DNA of 64,000 nt from Octopus sinensis (Eukaryota). The position numbers were made by a program, and so were the translations under genes. The notes below the pieces were generated by a model, which made no database searches, was not told the DNA's origin, and saw only the letters and a list, made by a program, of their open reading frames with translations. Of this stretch, positions 40,475-53,770 are shown piece by piece. Where the stretch lies: NCBI RefSeq assembly GCF_006345805.1, contig NC_042999.1, positions 95,976,001 through 96,040,000 on the forward strand, given 5' to 3'. Each line of letters starts with the position of its first letter. The stretch's first letter is position 1.

Positions 40475-41370
40475 TAATATATAATATATATTATATATAT
40501 ACATATATATATATACACATACATATATATATATATAACATATATATATATATATATATATTACATATAATATATATATATATACATTATATATAACATT
40601 ATATATATATTATACATATATATATATATATTACATATATACATATATATAATATACATATATATATTATAATATATATATATATTATATACATATATAG
40701 ATATATATATATATATATATACATATTATATACATATAATATATACATATATATACATATATTATATACATATATTACATATTATATATATACATATATA
40801 TATATACATATATATATATACATATATATACATATATATATATATACATTATATACTTATATAATACATATATATATATACAATTATACATACATATAAT
40901 ACATATATATACATACATATATATTACATATATAATATACTATATATACAATATATAAATATATAATAATTATATCATCATATATATATATACATATATA
41001 TACATATATATACATATATATACATATATATATAACATATATATACATATATATACATATATATATATACATATATATACATATATATACATATATATAT
41101 AACATATTATATACACATATATATATACATATATATACATATATATACATATATATAATACATATATATATATACATATATATACATATATATATATACA
41201 TATATATAAATATATATATATACTATAATATATACATATATATACATATATATATATAATATTATACATATATATACATATATATATATACATATAATAC
41301 TATATATATACATACATAATATACATATATAATATATACATATATATATATACATATATAGACATATATA
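40458..41370. repeat. (TA)/(TACA) compound microsatellite
   Basis: Direct reading. Confidence 0.95.
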
Positions 41371-41840
41371 TAAAGCTAAAACTCTATTCTCTCTCCAACG
41401 TTGTCGTGAGCGCTACATCATCTGCATGATGTGGAAAATATTCCATCAGCATTGCCCAAATGATGTTGGCATCACCTTTAAGGTACATCCAAGGCTTGGC
41501 CCCGTGCCATCCGCCCAAAACAAAAATCGCACTCTCATCGCATAACAACAATACGGCACAATTATTTCAGCTCAATTGGCCCCGCTCTCTTTAACATTAC
41601 ACCAAAACACATTAAAAAAGAACTGACCCTATAGGGTTCAAGAAGTCTTTGGACAGATTCTTCAAGAAATCCCGGATAAACCCCCTACAACCTACACCCG
41701 ATATGTCTCTGTAAACAATAACTCTCTACTTGAGTGGGCCATAGTGCCCAAATTCTGACTTGAAAGACTTCACCAGGTGGTGCTATTAAGTTAGACATGG
41801 CCTGGGCCAATAATGGCCGAAACCTATCAAAGTATCAAAG
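41371..41840 (+). mobile_element. 3' end of a second CR1/L2-group LINE family
   Basis: [23 protein letters not shown]...HPRLG...FKKSLDRF with frameshifts; (TATCAAAG)n tail. Confidence 0.8.
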
Positions 41841-41907
41841 TATATATATACATATATATACATATATATATACATATGTATATATACATATACATATACA
41901 TATATAG

Positions 41908-41952
<45 letters not shown>

Positions 41953-42018
41953 TATACATATTAGATATATTAATACATATAATGTACATATATATACATA
42001 TATATATATATATGTACA

Positions 42019-42050
<32 letters not shown>

Positions 42051-42075
42051 CATATATATATACATATATATGTAC

Positions 42076-42126
<51 letters not shown>

Positions 42127-42370
42127 CATATATATGTACATATCTATATATATATATGTACATATGTATATATATATATATACATATATATGTACATATA
42201 TATAATATACATATATATGTACATATATATATATATATACATATATATTACATATATATATATTATATATGTACATATATATATACATATATATATACAT
42301 ATATATATATAATATACATATATATACATATATATATATACATAATATATATACATATATATATATATAC

Positions 42371-42401
<31 letters not shown>

Positions 42402-42435
42402 CATATGCATATATATATATACATATATATATACA

Positions 42436-42482
<47 letters not shown>

Positions 42483-42767
42483 AGAATATACATATATATA
42501 TATACATATATATAATACATATATATATATACATATGCATATATATATACATATATATAACATATGCATATATATATACATATATATATATATGCATATA
42601 TATATATCATATATATATATGCATATATATATGTATATTATATATATATATGCATATATATATATGCATATATATATATATATGCATATATATATATATG
42701 CATATATATATATATATGCATATATATATATATGCATATATATATGCATATATATATATATATATAT

Positions 42768-42808
<41 letters not shown>

Positions 42809-43025
42809 TATATTATACATATATATCCAACACACATATATATATATTACATATATACACACATATATATATATATATACATATATATACACACATATAT
42901 ATATATATAATACATATATATACACACATATATATATATATATACATATATATACACACATATATATATATATATACACACACATATATATATACACACA
43001 TATATATACACAAACATATATACAC

Positions 43026-43081
<56 letters not shown>

Positions 43082-43082
43082 A
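41841..43082. repeat. (TA)/(TACA)/(TATG) compound microsatellite
   Basis: Direct reading. Confidence 0.95.
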
Positions 43083-43099
43083 CATTATGTGTATAATTC

Positions 43100-43845
43100 A
43101 TTTAAACCATCTCTCATCAATTTCTCGTTCACACCAAACAACGTAAACTCCACTCACTCTTCCATTCCATCACACCCTATGCCACTACCCCAACTCCTAC
43201 CCTACCTCTCTCACTCCTTGATACGCTCCCCCACCCTCACCTACCCCTGTCCCTCCCACCACCACTGCATCCACATACCTCATCCCCTCCCTCCCAGCCT
43301 TCCACCACCCCTCCTACTTCTGTCCCATCCACCCCTTCTCCACTTCAGTCTGTTGTTACCATTCCTCTAGATCTCCCCCTCTCTGAGACGAAGTGCTCCC
43401 TCTGCAGCAGGGGTGTGCGTTTCACCTCCCTCACTCCATCCAGCAACAAATTTTGGGCTCGTGCCGATATCTACAGCTTTGTGCACCACATTAGGTTTAG
43501 TGCGCTTTTCCGTGCCACTCCACCTGCATCTAATGAGGAGAACTGCTTCACTAACCTGGGCTACCGACCATCCCAGTGGATGCAGCTCCTGGCGGTCGAT
43601 CTTTTTGCAGGTGCCTGCCGGTTTGACTTTTCCAGGCATCCCCGACATCTGAACATCTACCCAGTCAAACTCTCAGCTCTTCGATGTCTCCGACACTGCA
43701 CGGACATCATCATAAAACCGGCTGACAAGGGTGGATCCATGGTGGTGTGGCACGCGGACCTCTACAAGGCGGAAGCTCTCCACTAACTTCAAGACACTTC
43801 TACTGCCCTCCAGCCCCACACCCAGCCCACCAACTGTGTCCTCTA

Positions 43846-43848
<3 letters not shown>
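43100..43848 (+). mobile_element. Penelope-like element fragment (N-terminal region up to RT start)
   Basis: ...DLPLSETKCSLCSRG...DIIIKPADKGGSMVVW; KPADKG is typical of Penelope RT N-termini; in-frame stop at 43784. Confidence 0.8.
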
Positions 43849-43903
<55 letters not shown>

Positions 43904-43904
43904 T

Positions 43905-44095
43905 AAGGTTAATCCAAACGGGAAAACAGAAAAAACAACAACACGTTGAACAATTACAGTATTATTATTATTAGGCGCTCAGGAAAATGGAAGAAGGAGG
44001 GTATGACGTTTCGAGCAGAGCTCTTCATCGGAAACATAAGAGAAGGAAGAAAGAAGAAAGAAAGATCCCGATGTGGGCAAAAGATATACATCTAT
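43905..44095 (-). mobile_element. Inverted Penelope pseudo-LTR with minimal hammerhead (44001-44036)
   Basis: Minus GTTT CCGATGA A GAGC TCT GCTC GAAACGTC ATAC. Confidence 0.7.
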
Positions 44096-44137
44096 ATTTA
44101 TATATATACATCTATATTTATATTATATGTATGTATG

Positions 44138-44169
<32 letters not shown>

Positions 44170-44184
<15 letters not shown>

Positions 44185-44385
44185 ATGTGTCTGTGTTTGT
44201 ACCCCCACCGTCACTTGACAACTGATGTTTCTGTGTTTCAGTCCCCGTAACTTAGGCATTTGGCAGAACACAGCGATAGAATAAGTACTACGCTTACAAA
44301 GAATAAATCCTGTGGTCGATATTTTGACTGAAGGTTGTGCTCCAAACATTCACCACAATCACATGACCGAAACAAGTAAAACAAT
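44170..44385 (+). mobile_element. 3' half of CORE-type SINE
   Basis: Matches the 3' part of copies at 9258 and 57678, ends gaccgaaacaagtaaaa. Confidence 0.75.
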
Positions 44386-44691
44386 AAAAAAAACTATGCC
44401 ATTTTAATCTTCAGCAATGCCGGGTATCTCTGCTTGTGTTATAATAAAAACTACAAGTCTTGTTAATTATTGCTGCCCAGGGTTTTGTGGCCAAAACATA
44501 TATTTTGACATTTTTCAAGCTGAGAACAAAACCATCTTGTTTTCAGCTTGTAAAATGATACAGTAAATGCTTCAGCCATGAAATTTCTGGGTAGCTGTAA
44601 TTAACAAGACTTGTAGTGTTTATTATAACATTATCTCATTATCTTTACTCTCTTAGCTGATTGAGAGCTATTCTAATTGTGAAGCCTTACC

Positions 44692-44738
<47 letters not shown>

Positions 44739-45978
44739 ATGTGTATGTGTGTATGTGTATTGATATAGACATAGATATACATAAACACATCAATACAACT
44801 ATATGCACATTCATGTATGAGTATCTATATATTCACACTTATAAGCATATATACCAATGCACACTCACATATATACACATTCACTTAAGTCCACATGCAA
44901 TCATGCATAGGCTATCAAAAACATATTTACTGGCACACACACACTCATACTTAAACATATATAATTATACTCATCTAAATCTATAAATATTTTGATATGT
45001 TGTAATTGCAGTAGTTTGTAACTCAACGGCATGAATAAACCATATATCATAGACAATTTGTAAAGCTATAAATGATACAGATATGTGAAAGAAGCATGAT
45101 AAAATAACATAGTATAATATTAGTACTAAACAATACAATATACAATGTACCAGAGAATATCAAAGTTTCATTGAATACCTAGAAATAATATAATATTGTT
45201 TAGTAACTGTTGACATAGAATCAGTCAGATAAATTAGAATAATTGATTACTTGAGGTAGAACAAATGATTAAATCATCATTTGTGTAATAGAGTGAGTGA
45301 ATGTTGCAATATTAGTTAAAGCAATCAGAAATTATTGGATGTAAATTCTATTTAAAATTATGTCATTTATGGCAATATTATTTGCTAGTAGATTTTTTAG
45401 TCATCTGCACTTGCATTAATAAATATGTATACATTGGGCCACCATTGTAACATAACATACTTACAGTATGGATTAGAAGAGTTACCAATTAAATTAGTAA
45501 TGAACAAAAGCTGAAATAGTGTCAATTGGGAGTTACTGCTCGTTAACCTATTTTAATTTTATAATATTATATAAGTTGACTTAATGTCATTTGCCCATGC
45601 ATATGTCTACATTTATATGGCTTCAATTAAATTCATATAATTCATATCAACACCATCTTATACCATTGTGTCATTATTATAAGTTCCTAGTATTGTGTAA
45701 GTAAATTTATATTTTTATTGAATTACAATTCTGTTTATTTATTTTCATTTAGTAGGTTTTGATCTGCCTTAAAATTTCCAGTTTTTCACATATATATAAG
45801 TAACAGTCCTTCCTATTAGTTTAAGTATAGTTTGGCATAATTTATAATACCCAATTCCTTCATACAATTTATGCTTTTAGGGTTAGAGTATGAGTAACAG
45901 TGCCTATAAAACAGGTTCTTAACAAAATGTATTTTGTAGACTCTATGTAATATTTGCATGCATTTTGTTTTTGTGGAG

Positions 45979-46097
45979 GCATTTGTAAACAACAGGTTTA
46001 TGCAAACAGCTTCAGTTTAATGAAAAATTATCAACGACCCTACTACTCTGTTCACATTTATCTTTCTCATTGCAATGAATATGATTTACTAGGTTAT
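45979..46097 (+). CDS. Candidate exon G (phase 1 to 0; GICKQQVYANSFSLMKNYQRPYYSVHIYLSHCNEYDLLGY); alternative CAG acceptor gives start 45996
   Basis: Within ORF 45954-46178; TAT|gtaatt donor; phase bridges F and H, but the GAG acceptor is uncommon. Confidence 0.4.
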
Positions 46098-46559
46098 GTA
46101 ATTCCCAGCTCTCTGAATGTTCACATATACAGAACACTTTGTTTTTTTCAGTTTTGCATTTTTCTTTTGTTTATATGATAGTGATGTAGACCACACTGTA
46201 AACCAATACTTAGAATTATTTTATTACATTCTGTTAAATATTTTTGACACTGAATAATAACATTTCACATGTCAAGAAAGTTGATTTCTATGTAAATGAA
46301 AAACAAATATATTAAATCAACTTCAAAATGGATAGGGTTAAAAAGAAATTGCAGAATAACTTAATATGAATGAAGTAACTGTTGGAAAAATGATAAGAAA
46401 TGAAGAAAAATTCAGAGCTAGTATGATTGCTGAATACTGAATAACTTCATACACACTAACATTATGCAAACAATAGAAAAAGCTAAATTATTTTGGATAG
46501 ACTATAAAATCCAATATAACAGCAATACTCATATATATCTATATATACACATACATATG

Positions 46560-46700
46560 TGAAAGCATGAGACCTAATAGCTAAGGTATTAGGTTGATAA
46601 TCCTAAGGTCATGGGGTTCATTTCCTGAACCAGTAGACGTGTTGCATCTTTGAATAAGACACATTATTTCATGCTTCACTGAAAGTGGATACTGGTACAT
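46560..46700 (+). mobile_element. Degenerate tRNA-derived SINE head
   Basis: gcatgagacctaatagctaagg...ggttcatttcctgaacc...aagacacattatttc. Confidence 0.45.
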
Positions 46701-47779
46701 CTTGGTGCATCTTCTTTTCCTTTACCCTTCACATACTCAGTGTTCTGCTGAATTAAGAGTGAGAAGACTGAGCAAGTGTTTATATCTACTCACAAGGAGC
46801 AACCATATATTTGGTGTGGGAGACTAGTCATTGAATATATAATGAATACCTTCATCATTAATGCTAGAACTGCTAGCCTTATTTAAAACTTGTTATTCTT
46901 CTGATTATATTCACTGAAGAAAACTTTTGCTCAAAATCATAGTGATATTTGTCTCAAACATAAATTTACTGTGCAAGAATCTACTATAAATGATATAGCT
47001 GAAAACATTAACACTACTAAAGCAGAACCACAAGAATCTTTTTAGTTCTAGCTGTAAGAGGAATCTTGATTATAGAATCCTCTTTTTTGGTGTTATAAAC
47101 TGAATAAGAACCTACTTAATTCCTTTAAGATAACAAAAGAAAATTTATTCCAGGCTAAAATATTTTATGACAAAACAGTTATACCAACAAACAATATTTG
47201 TTTAACTCAAATGAATAGTTGATTATGATAATTATTTATTTTTAAAACCTGATGTGTTTACACTTCTGTGAAAACGTACATACTGTATAAATAACATCAA
47301 GTGGACATTGTCCTAAATCATGCAAACCTTCAATAAATGAAAACCCTGCTACTATTATGATACCTAACAATCAGGCTCACTGCTCTACTACTACTATACC
47401 ATCATGTATCCAAGTTGATTAAAATGTTTTAAGGTAACCTAACAACAACTACAACATTAAAAATATTCTACGAGCTGGCATACTGAAAAGTATAAACACT
47501 AGAAGTGTATTTGTAATGAAATTTATCAAGCATAAACTATCAGTTATAATGATCTGTGATTGAGAAAAAAGTATGTCAACATAATGTTAAAGATTAGTGA
47601 AAAAGCAGCATCTACACTAAATTGATGAGAAAGTCTTCAGGTACACAATCTGGACTTTAGATTTCAACCAATAATTATTTGCTACTTGGCTAACTGTGAA
47701 TTTGGGCTTCACAAAACCACAAAAACATGCTTAATCAAAAAATTACAGCTAAAGGTTATTAAAGGTATTATCAAGATAT

Positions 47780-48080
47780 GTAAAACTTTTGAGAAATTTA
47801 GCATGTAATAAGACTGACATGTGCAATGACATCTATGCCAGAGGATATGTCCACTTTAAAAAAATGAAGAATACTGGCCGAACATTTTGATAAAAACAGC
47901 AACCAAGTATAAGCACAATAGTCTGGATATTGCAATATGGGACAGAGGGCAAACTGATTTACATTCTCCGCTCTGAAGACAGAGGCCAGATTTACAGTAA
48001 TGTTTATATGCATCCACTACAAGATGAATATTCTATCTGCCAACGTTATAACTATTATTTAGTTCTGAGCTCCCAGAAAG
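47780..48080 (+). mobile_element. Possible R4/Dong LINE endonuclease relic
   Basis: KYKHNSLDIAIWD resembles the HNRPDI motif of restriction-like endonucleases. Confidence 0.35.
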
Positions 48081-49129
48081 AGCCATTAGACCTGAAACAC
48101 TATGTCTTCTCCCTTTAGTTTTTCATCTCTTTTGTACTCTATGTAAATCTGTTCTGTAAATATATAAATATCTGTATGTTTATATAGGAACATTCATCTT
48201 CTGAATATTTTCAGTTTTTGTTACTCTCACAATATATATATATATCCCTATATAATGTGTATGTGTGTTGTATATCAAGCCCAAGCGTGTTTATTTGCAT
48301 CTTTCTCTCCCTGTGTATACACACACACACACATGCACCCATTTGTGTGCACATGCATATGTGTACATATTCAGTATAATTTAGGGTAAGTTTTCTAAGA
48401 CATTTGAAAACATTCACCAAACAAATGTGCTGAATATATCTAATTATCAATACAATACTTCAGCTGTGTAAGAACAAATCAAACTTAAAAATATGAAGCA
48501 AAAGGAAAAAAAAAATTAAACAAAAGTTTCAACTGATGGAACACCGAGAAAAAGAAAATAAATCAACTTTAAATTCTTTACAAAAGCACTACAAGAATTT
48601 GTGCTTATTGATTGACTTCATTAATTTGCTTCACTTTGTTCTGTTGTTTTCTGTTAAATCTGTTTTGTTATTCCAACAACAAATTGCCCATCCTCATCCA
48701 CAGCTCCTTTGCTTTCTTGGTAATAGCATTTTCAATAATTAAAAATAACTGTTACCTGTATTTTTAGTAATGGATGAAAATATTAGTTATAGTGTAATGC
48801 TTTCATAATTTGGTGGTCTTGAGCTTTTGCAGAAATAATTAATTTTCTGACTCAACATGGACATGCTTAATTAGTTGAATTTGGCATCTGACATTTGTAA
48901 CCCTCTTTTCTTATTTTCTTCTCATTCTGTAAATCAGTTTATATATGGTAAGTATTATGTAAAATCTTACACACCCTAATATAAAGATAATGTACTATAT
49001 ATGTAAAGATTATCTATCTATCTATTTATCTATATATATATATGTATATATATATGGGTGTGTGTAAAGGTGAGATCGAAGGATCAAGGTGTAGGAAGTT
49101 AGTAAGCTTTGAACAGTTCGTAGAAGGTA

Positions 49130-49300
49130 AAAAAAATAACTTTCAGAAACAATAGTGGTTTGTGCCTATAAATAATTAATATCAACTTCCTAGATGTTAC
49201 CCTCAACCTGGAATCAAGTATCTATAAGCCATACAAATAAAATTCAGTGTATACATAAACAATCCAACCATCCCTAAAGCATTATCTAAAAACACACACA
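49130..49300 (+). mobile_element. Penelope-like RT C-terminal fragment
   Basis: INFLDVTLNLESSIYKPY...SNHP. Confidence 0.7.
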
Positions 49301-49905
49301 CCTGCATTAATATGCACTTATATAGTTTTAAATTTAAGCAATAAATTACTAATCTACCTAGAACTACTATGTTCCTCTACTGACCAAAAACATTACCTTC
49401 CACCTACCTCTCCTCTCCCCACTTCTAACAAGTGCTAACTTAGTACCACTCCTTTTCTTTTACTCTGTTTGAATGTATTTATAGGGTGCCATAATTTATT
49501 TACTTATTCATTCTACAGTAGACCTAGTAAATGACCTCAGCCTTAATTCACAAAAACATTCCCCTAGCCAGCTTCCATAATACCAATTTTTTTCCCCCTG
49601 CTCTTCTCCTTTTTCTCTTTTTCTTTATTCATATTCTTATTCTTTTCCTTAACAGTTTTTGACTTTCACCCACTCCCATTTCTTCACAAATAAGCTTCCC
49701 TTTTGTTCACTCACTCTATGCTTTCCATGCATTTCTGATCAAATCTCCTGAGTTAATATGGAATCCCTTGACAATGTAACCTTCATTTGACAAAGATATA
49801 TTTCTATAGAAATCATAGCCAGCACTGGTTTGTGATGATGTTTTGTATCTGAATGCATTTAATGTAAATAATGTGATAGAAGATGGAAAAATAGGTAATG
49901 GGTGT

Positions 49906-51798
49906 ATCATCATCATCATCATCATCATCATTTAGCGTCCGTTTTCCATGCTAGCATGGGTTGGACGGTTCTACTGGGGTCTGTGAAGCCAGAAGGCTTC
50001 ATCAGGCCCAGTCAAATCTGGCAGTGTTTCTACGGCTGGATGCCCTTCCTAACGCCAACCACTCCGTGAGTGTAGTGGGTGCTTTTTACGTGCCACCCGC
50101 ACTGGTGCCAGACAGAGCTGGCAAACGGCCACGAACGGATGGTGCTTTTTATGTGCCACCGGCACGAGGGCCAGGTGAGGCTGGCAACGGACATGAAACG
50201 GGGCGGTGCTGGCAACGGTCGCGAAACGGAAAGTTCTCTTACATGCCACCGGCACTGGTAACACATCTGCAATTTCCATTGATCGATTTCCATTGATCGA
50301 TTTCCATTGATCGATTTCGATTCTGATCCTCACTTGCCTCAATGGGTCTTCACAAGCAGAGTTTCGACATGCCACCGGCACTGGTAGCACATCCGCAATT
50401 TCCATTGATCGATTTCGATTCTGATCCTCACTTGCCTCAACACGTCTTCACAAGTAGAGTTTTGTGTCCCAAGAAGGGAAGGTATGCATACGTAGGCTGG
50501 CTCCATCCCATGTAGAAGGCCACGGGTTGTGGACTCACTTGTCCTGCCGGGTCTTCTCGCGCACAGCACACTTCCAGAGGTCTCGGTCTCTAGTCATTTC
50601 CTCAGTGAGACCTAAAGTTCGAAGGTCGTGCTTCACCACCTCGTCCCAGGTTTTCCTGGGTCTGCCTCTTCCACAGGTTCCCTCAACCGCTAGGGTGTGG
50701 CACTTTTTCACACAACTATCTTCATCCATTCTCGCCACATGACCATACCAGCGCAAACGTCTCTCTTGCACACCACAACTGATGCTTCTTAGGTCCAGCT
50801 TTTCTCTCAAGGTACTTACACTCTGCCGAGTGTGAGTACCGGCATTACACATCCATCGGAGCATACTGGCTTCATTTCTAGCGAGCTTACGCATATCCTC
50901 AGCAGTCACGGCCCATGTTTCACTGCCATGTAGCATGGCTGTTCGTACACACGCATCATACAGTCTGCCTTTCACTCTGTGCGAGAGGCCTTTTGTCACC
51001 AGCAGAGGTAAGAGCTCTCTGAACTTTGCCCAAGCTATTCTTACTCTAGCAGTTACACTTTCAGCACACCCACCCCCGCTGCTGACTTGGTCACCTAGGT
51101 AACGGAAACTATCAACTATTTCTAGTTTTTCTCCCTGGAAAGTGACGGAAGTTGGTCTCAGAGCATTTTCAGTGTTTATTGTTCCTGAGCATCTGCCACA
51201 TACAAAAACCATCTTCCTAGTTAGCCTTCCTTTGACATTGCTGCATCTCTTATGTGTCTATAGCTTACACTTGGTGCATCTTATAGAGTTTCTACCTACA
51301 CCTTTTCTACAGATCGAGCAGGGCCATCTACCTGAAGGTGTTTGTGATTTGTCTACCTTCCTACTGATTACGACTTTGGTTTTAGCTAGATTGACTCTGA
51401 GGCCCTTCGATTCTAATCCTTGTTTCCACACCTGAAACTTCTCCTCCAGTTCTGATAGCGACTCAGCAATTAGAGCAAGGTCATCAGCATAGAGGAGCTC
51501 CCAAGGGCATCCTGTCTTGAATTCCTCCGTTATTGCCTGGAGGACTATGATAAATAGGAGGGGGCTGAGTACTGAGCCTTGGTGGACCCCTACCTCTACC
51601 CGGAATTCTTCACTGTACTCATTTCCAACCCTCACCCTACTAGCGGCGTCCCTATACATGGCCCGCACAGCTCTCACTAACCATTCATCTATCCCTAGTT
51701 TTCTCATTGCCCACCAGATAAGGGATCGGGGGACCCTGTCGAAGGCTTTCTCCATGTCAACAAAAGCCAGGTACAGGGGCTTATCTTTGGCTAGGTAT
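49906..51798 (-). mobile_element. 5'-truncated RTE LINE (RT to 3' tail)
   Basis: YLAKDKPLYLAFVDMEKAFD...YADD...; nonsense stop near 51258; ORF ends 50535; 3' UTR duplications; (ATG)n tail. Confidence 0.95.
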
Positions 51799-52107
51799 AT
51801 GCATGTAAAAAGCACCATTTGAACATGGTTGTTGCCAGTGCTACCTGACTGGCTCCTGTGCCAGGGGCATGTAAAAAGCAGCATTCAAGCTTGGTCGTTG
51901 CCAGTACCACCTGACTGGCCCTTGTGCCAGTAGCATGTAAAAAGCACCCACTATACTCTCCGAGTGGTTGGTGTTAGGAAGGGCATCCAACTGTAGAAAC
52001 TTTGCCAGATCAGATTGGAGCCTGGTGCAGCCTTCTGGCTTGCCAGCCCTCAGTCAAACCATCCAACCCATGCCAGCTTGGAAAATAGATGTTAAACGAT
52101 GATGATC
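51799..52107 (+). mobile_element. RTE 3' UTR fragment, head-to-head with the preceding RTE
   Basis: gcatgtaaaaagcacc units, terminal block and gatgatgat tail. Confidence 0.85.
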
Positions 52108-52253
52108 ATCATCATCATTGGTTTGATGAGTAGCTAGCAGATTACCCCATGTTTGGGTAATTACTACTTCTGAGGGTCTGATTGCTATGAAACATATGTA
52201 GCCTGGATTTTATCTACTCCATTCCATAAATTTGGATGGATAGATACATACAT

Positions 52254-52310
<57 letters not shown>

Positions 52311-52379
52311 CATATATATATACACAAACACACACACACACATATATTTGTATGTATGTATGTATGTAGTTCAAATTTA

Positions 52380-52496
52380 TAGAAAAACAAAAGACGAAAA
52401 CAGGTGTAAGAATAGCAAGCATGTGTTTTAGTTTGACACTCAGGAAAACGGAAAATCCTTTTACATTTCAAGCTTACACTCTTTGACAGAAAGGAT
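52380..52496 (-). mobile_element. Penelope pseudo-LTR remnant with decayed minimal hammerhead (52455-52496)
   Basis: Minus ATCCTTT CTGTCAA A GAGT GTAA GCTT GAAATGTA AAAGGAT; 7-bp stem I; same family as 17140-17252. Confidence 0.6.
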
Positions 52497-52560
52497 TAAT
52501 ATATATATACATGAATGCATGTGTGTATTTATCAGTTTGCATATATGTATGTATATATAT

Positions 52561-52604
<44 letters not shown>

Positions 52605-52785
52605 CTTTATAATTAGGGTTCACCAAAGATTTGCTTTACCACATACCGAAGTTTAGAAATAGCAGTCAAAAGACCTTAGCTATTTCTTCTACTTTAAAAA
52701 GGGACTCCCAGAAAAACCAAAATATTTGAAAACAATCTACGCAGGCAGAGATGAAAAATAACGAAAATCAATCCATATCTGGTCA

Positions 52786-52870
52786 CCCATGTACGAGCGT
52801 TTCGGAATTAGATTGGTATAAAGAATATAGAATTATACTTTACCCAACCATTTTCGTTCATCAGCATGGG
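52786..52870 (-). ncRNA. Type I hammerhead ribozyme with extended stem II
   Basis: CCCATG CTGATGA ...long stem II... GAA ACG CT CGT A^CATGGG; core intact, base of stem II mismatched. Confidence 0.7.
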
Positions 52871-53149
52871 ACTCCAACAATATTAAATATTAAATTCAAA
52901 GGCATTGGAAGAATTGAATATATCTCTCCACCTAACGGTATCAGACAGATTATATTCAGTGCTAGTGCCGCCGAATTCAAAATATAAATGAGGTTCATCA
53001 CCTTCCCCTGCCCATCAGCGCGTGTCGTCAAGTAAGATACTACAGAAAAAAACTGTAGTTTGTTATCAGGGAGAAAAATTCTATTATCAATAATAACAAA
53101 GGGTAAAATTAATTAATTAAGAAGTAGTCAATAATTTCATCAAAATCAA

Positions 53150-53490
53150 ATGGAAATTATAGTTCTGATCCCTGTGCCAATGGCACATAAAAAGCACCAC
53201 CTGAACATGGCTGATGCCAGCGCTGCTTTGACTGGTTTCCATGCCATAAGCACGTAAAAGGCACCATCCTATCATGGTCTTACCAGCTTCCTCTGTCCCC
53301 TGTGTCAGTGGCACATAAAAAGCATCCACTACACTCTCAAAGTAATTGGCATTAGGAAGAGCATCCAGCAGTAGAAATACTGCCAGCTCAGACTCGAGCC
53401 TGGTGGCGCCTCCTGGTTTCCCAGACCCCAGTCGAATCGTCTAACCCATGCCAGCATGGAAAACAGACATTAAACGATGATGATGATGAT
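53150..53490 (+). mobile_element. RTE 3' UTR fragment with three ~55-bp units and (ATG)n tail
   Basis: ggcacataaaaagcacc units then terminal block; further terminal copies at about 8770-8870, 14740-15050, 22030-22180, 54440-54635. Confidence 0.8.
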
Positions 53491-53608
53491 TTTTTAAGTT
53501 GGATCCTTGTACAACTCTCCGGCTTACTAGTTCTAGTTAAACTGTCTAACCCATGCCAGCATGGAAAATGGACCCTAAATTATATATCATCATGTATGTG
53601 CGTGTACA

Positions 53609-53770
53609 CACACATTTCAGAGATGTACTTACCTGGAAAATGATACAACACACAAACACACACACATTTCAGAGATGTACTTACCTGGAAAGTGATATAA
53701 CACACACATACACACACACATTTCAGAGATGTACTTGCCTGGAAAGTGATATAACACACACACACACATT
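53609..53770. repeat. Three copies of a 52-54 bp unit
   Basis: catttcagagatgtacttacctggaaagtgatataa(ca)n. Confidence 0.9.

Noticed and set aside
48470-48742. Coiled-coil-like peptide EQIKLKNMKQKEKK...QKFQLMEHREKENK
   Set aside because: Needs a frameshift in an A10 run and lacks splice signals
53627-53640. U1 snRNA gene or pseudogene
   Set aside because: Only TACTTACCTGG matches; no further U1 sequence
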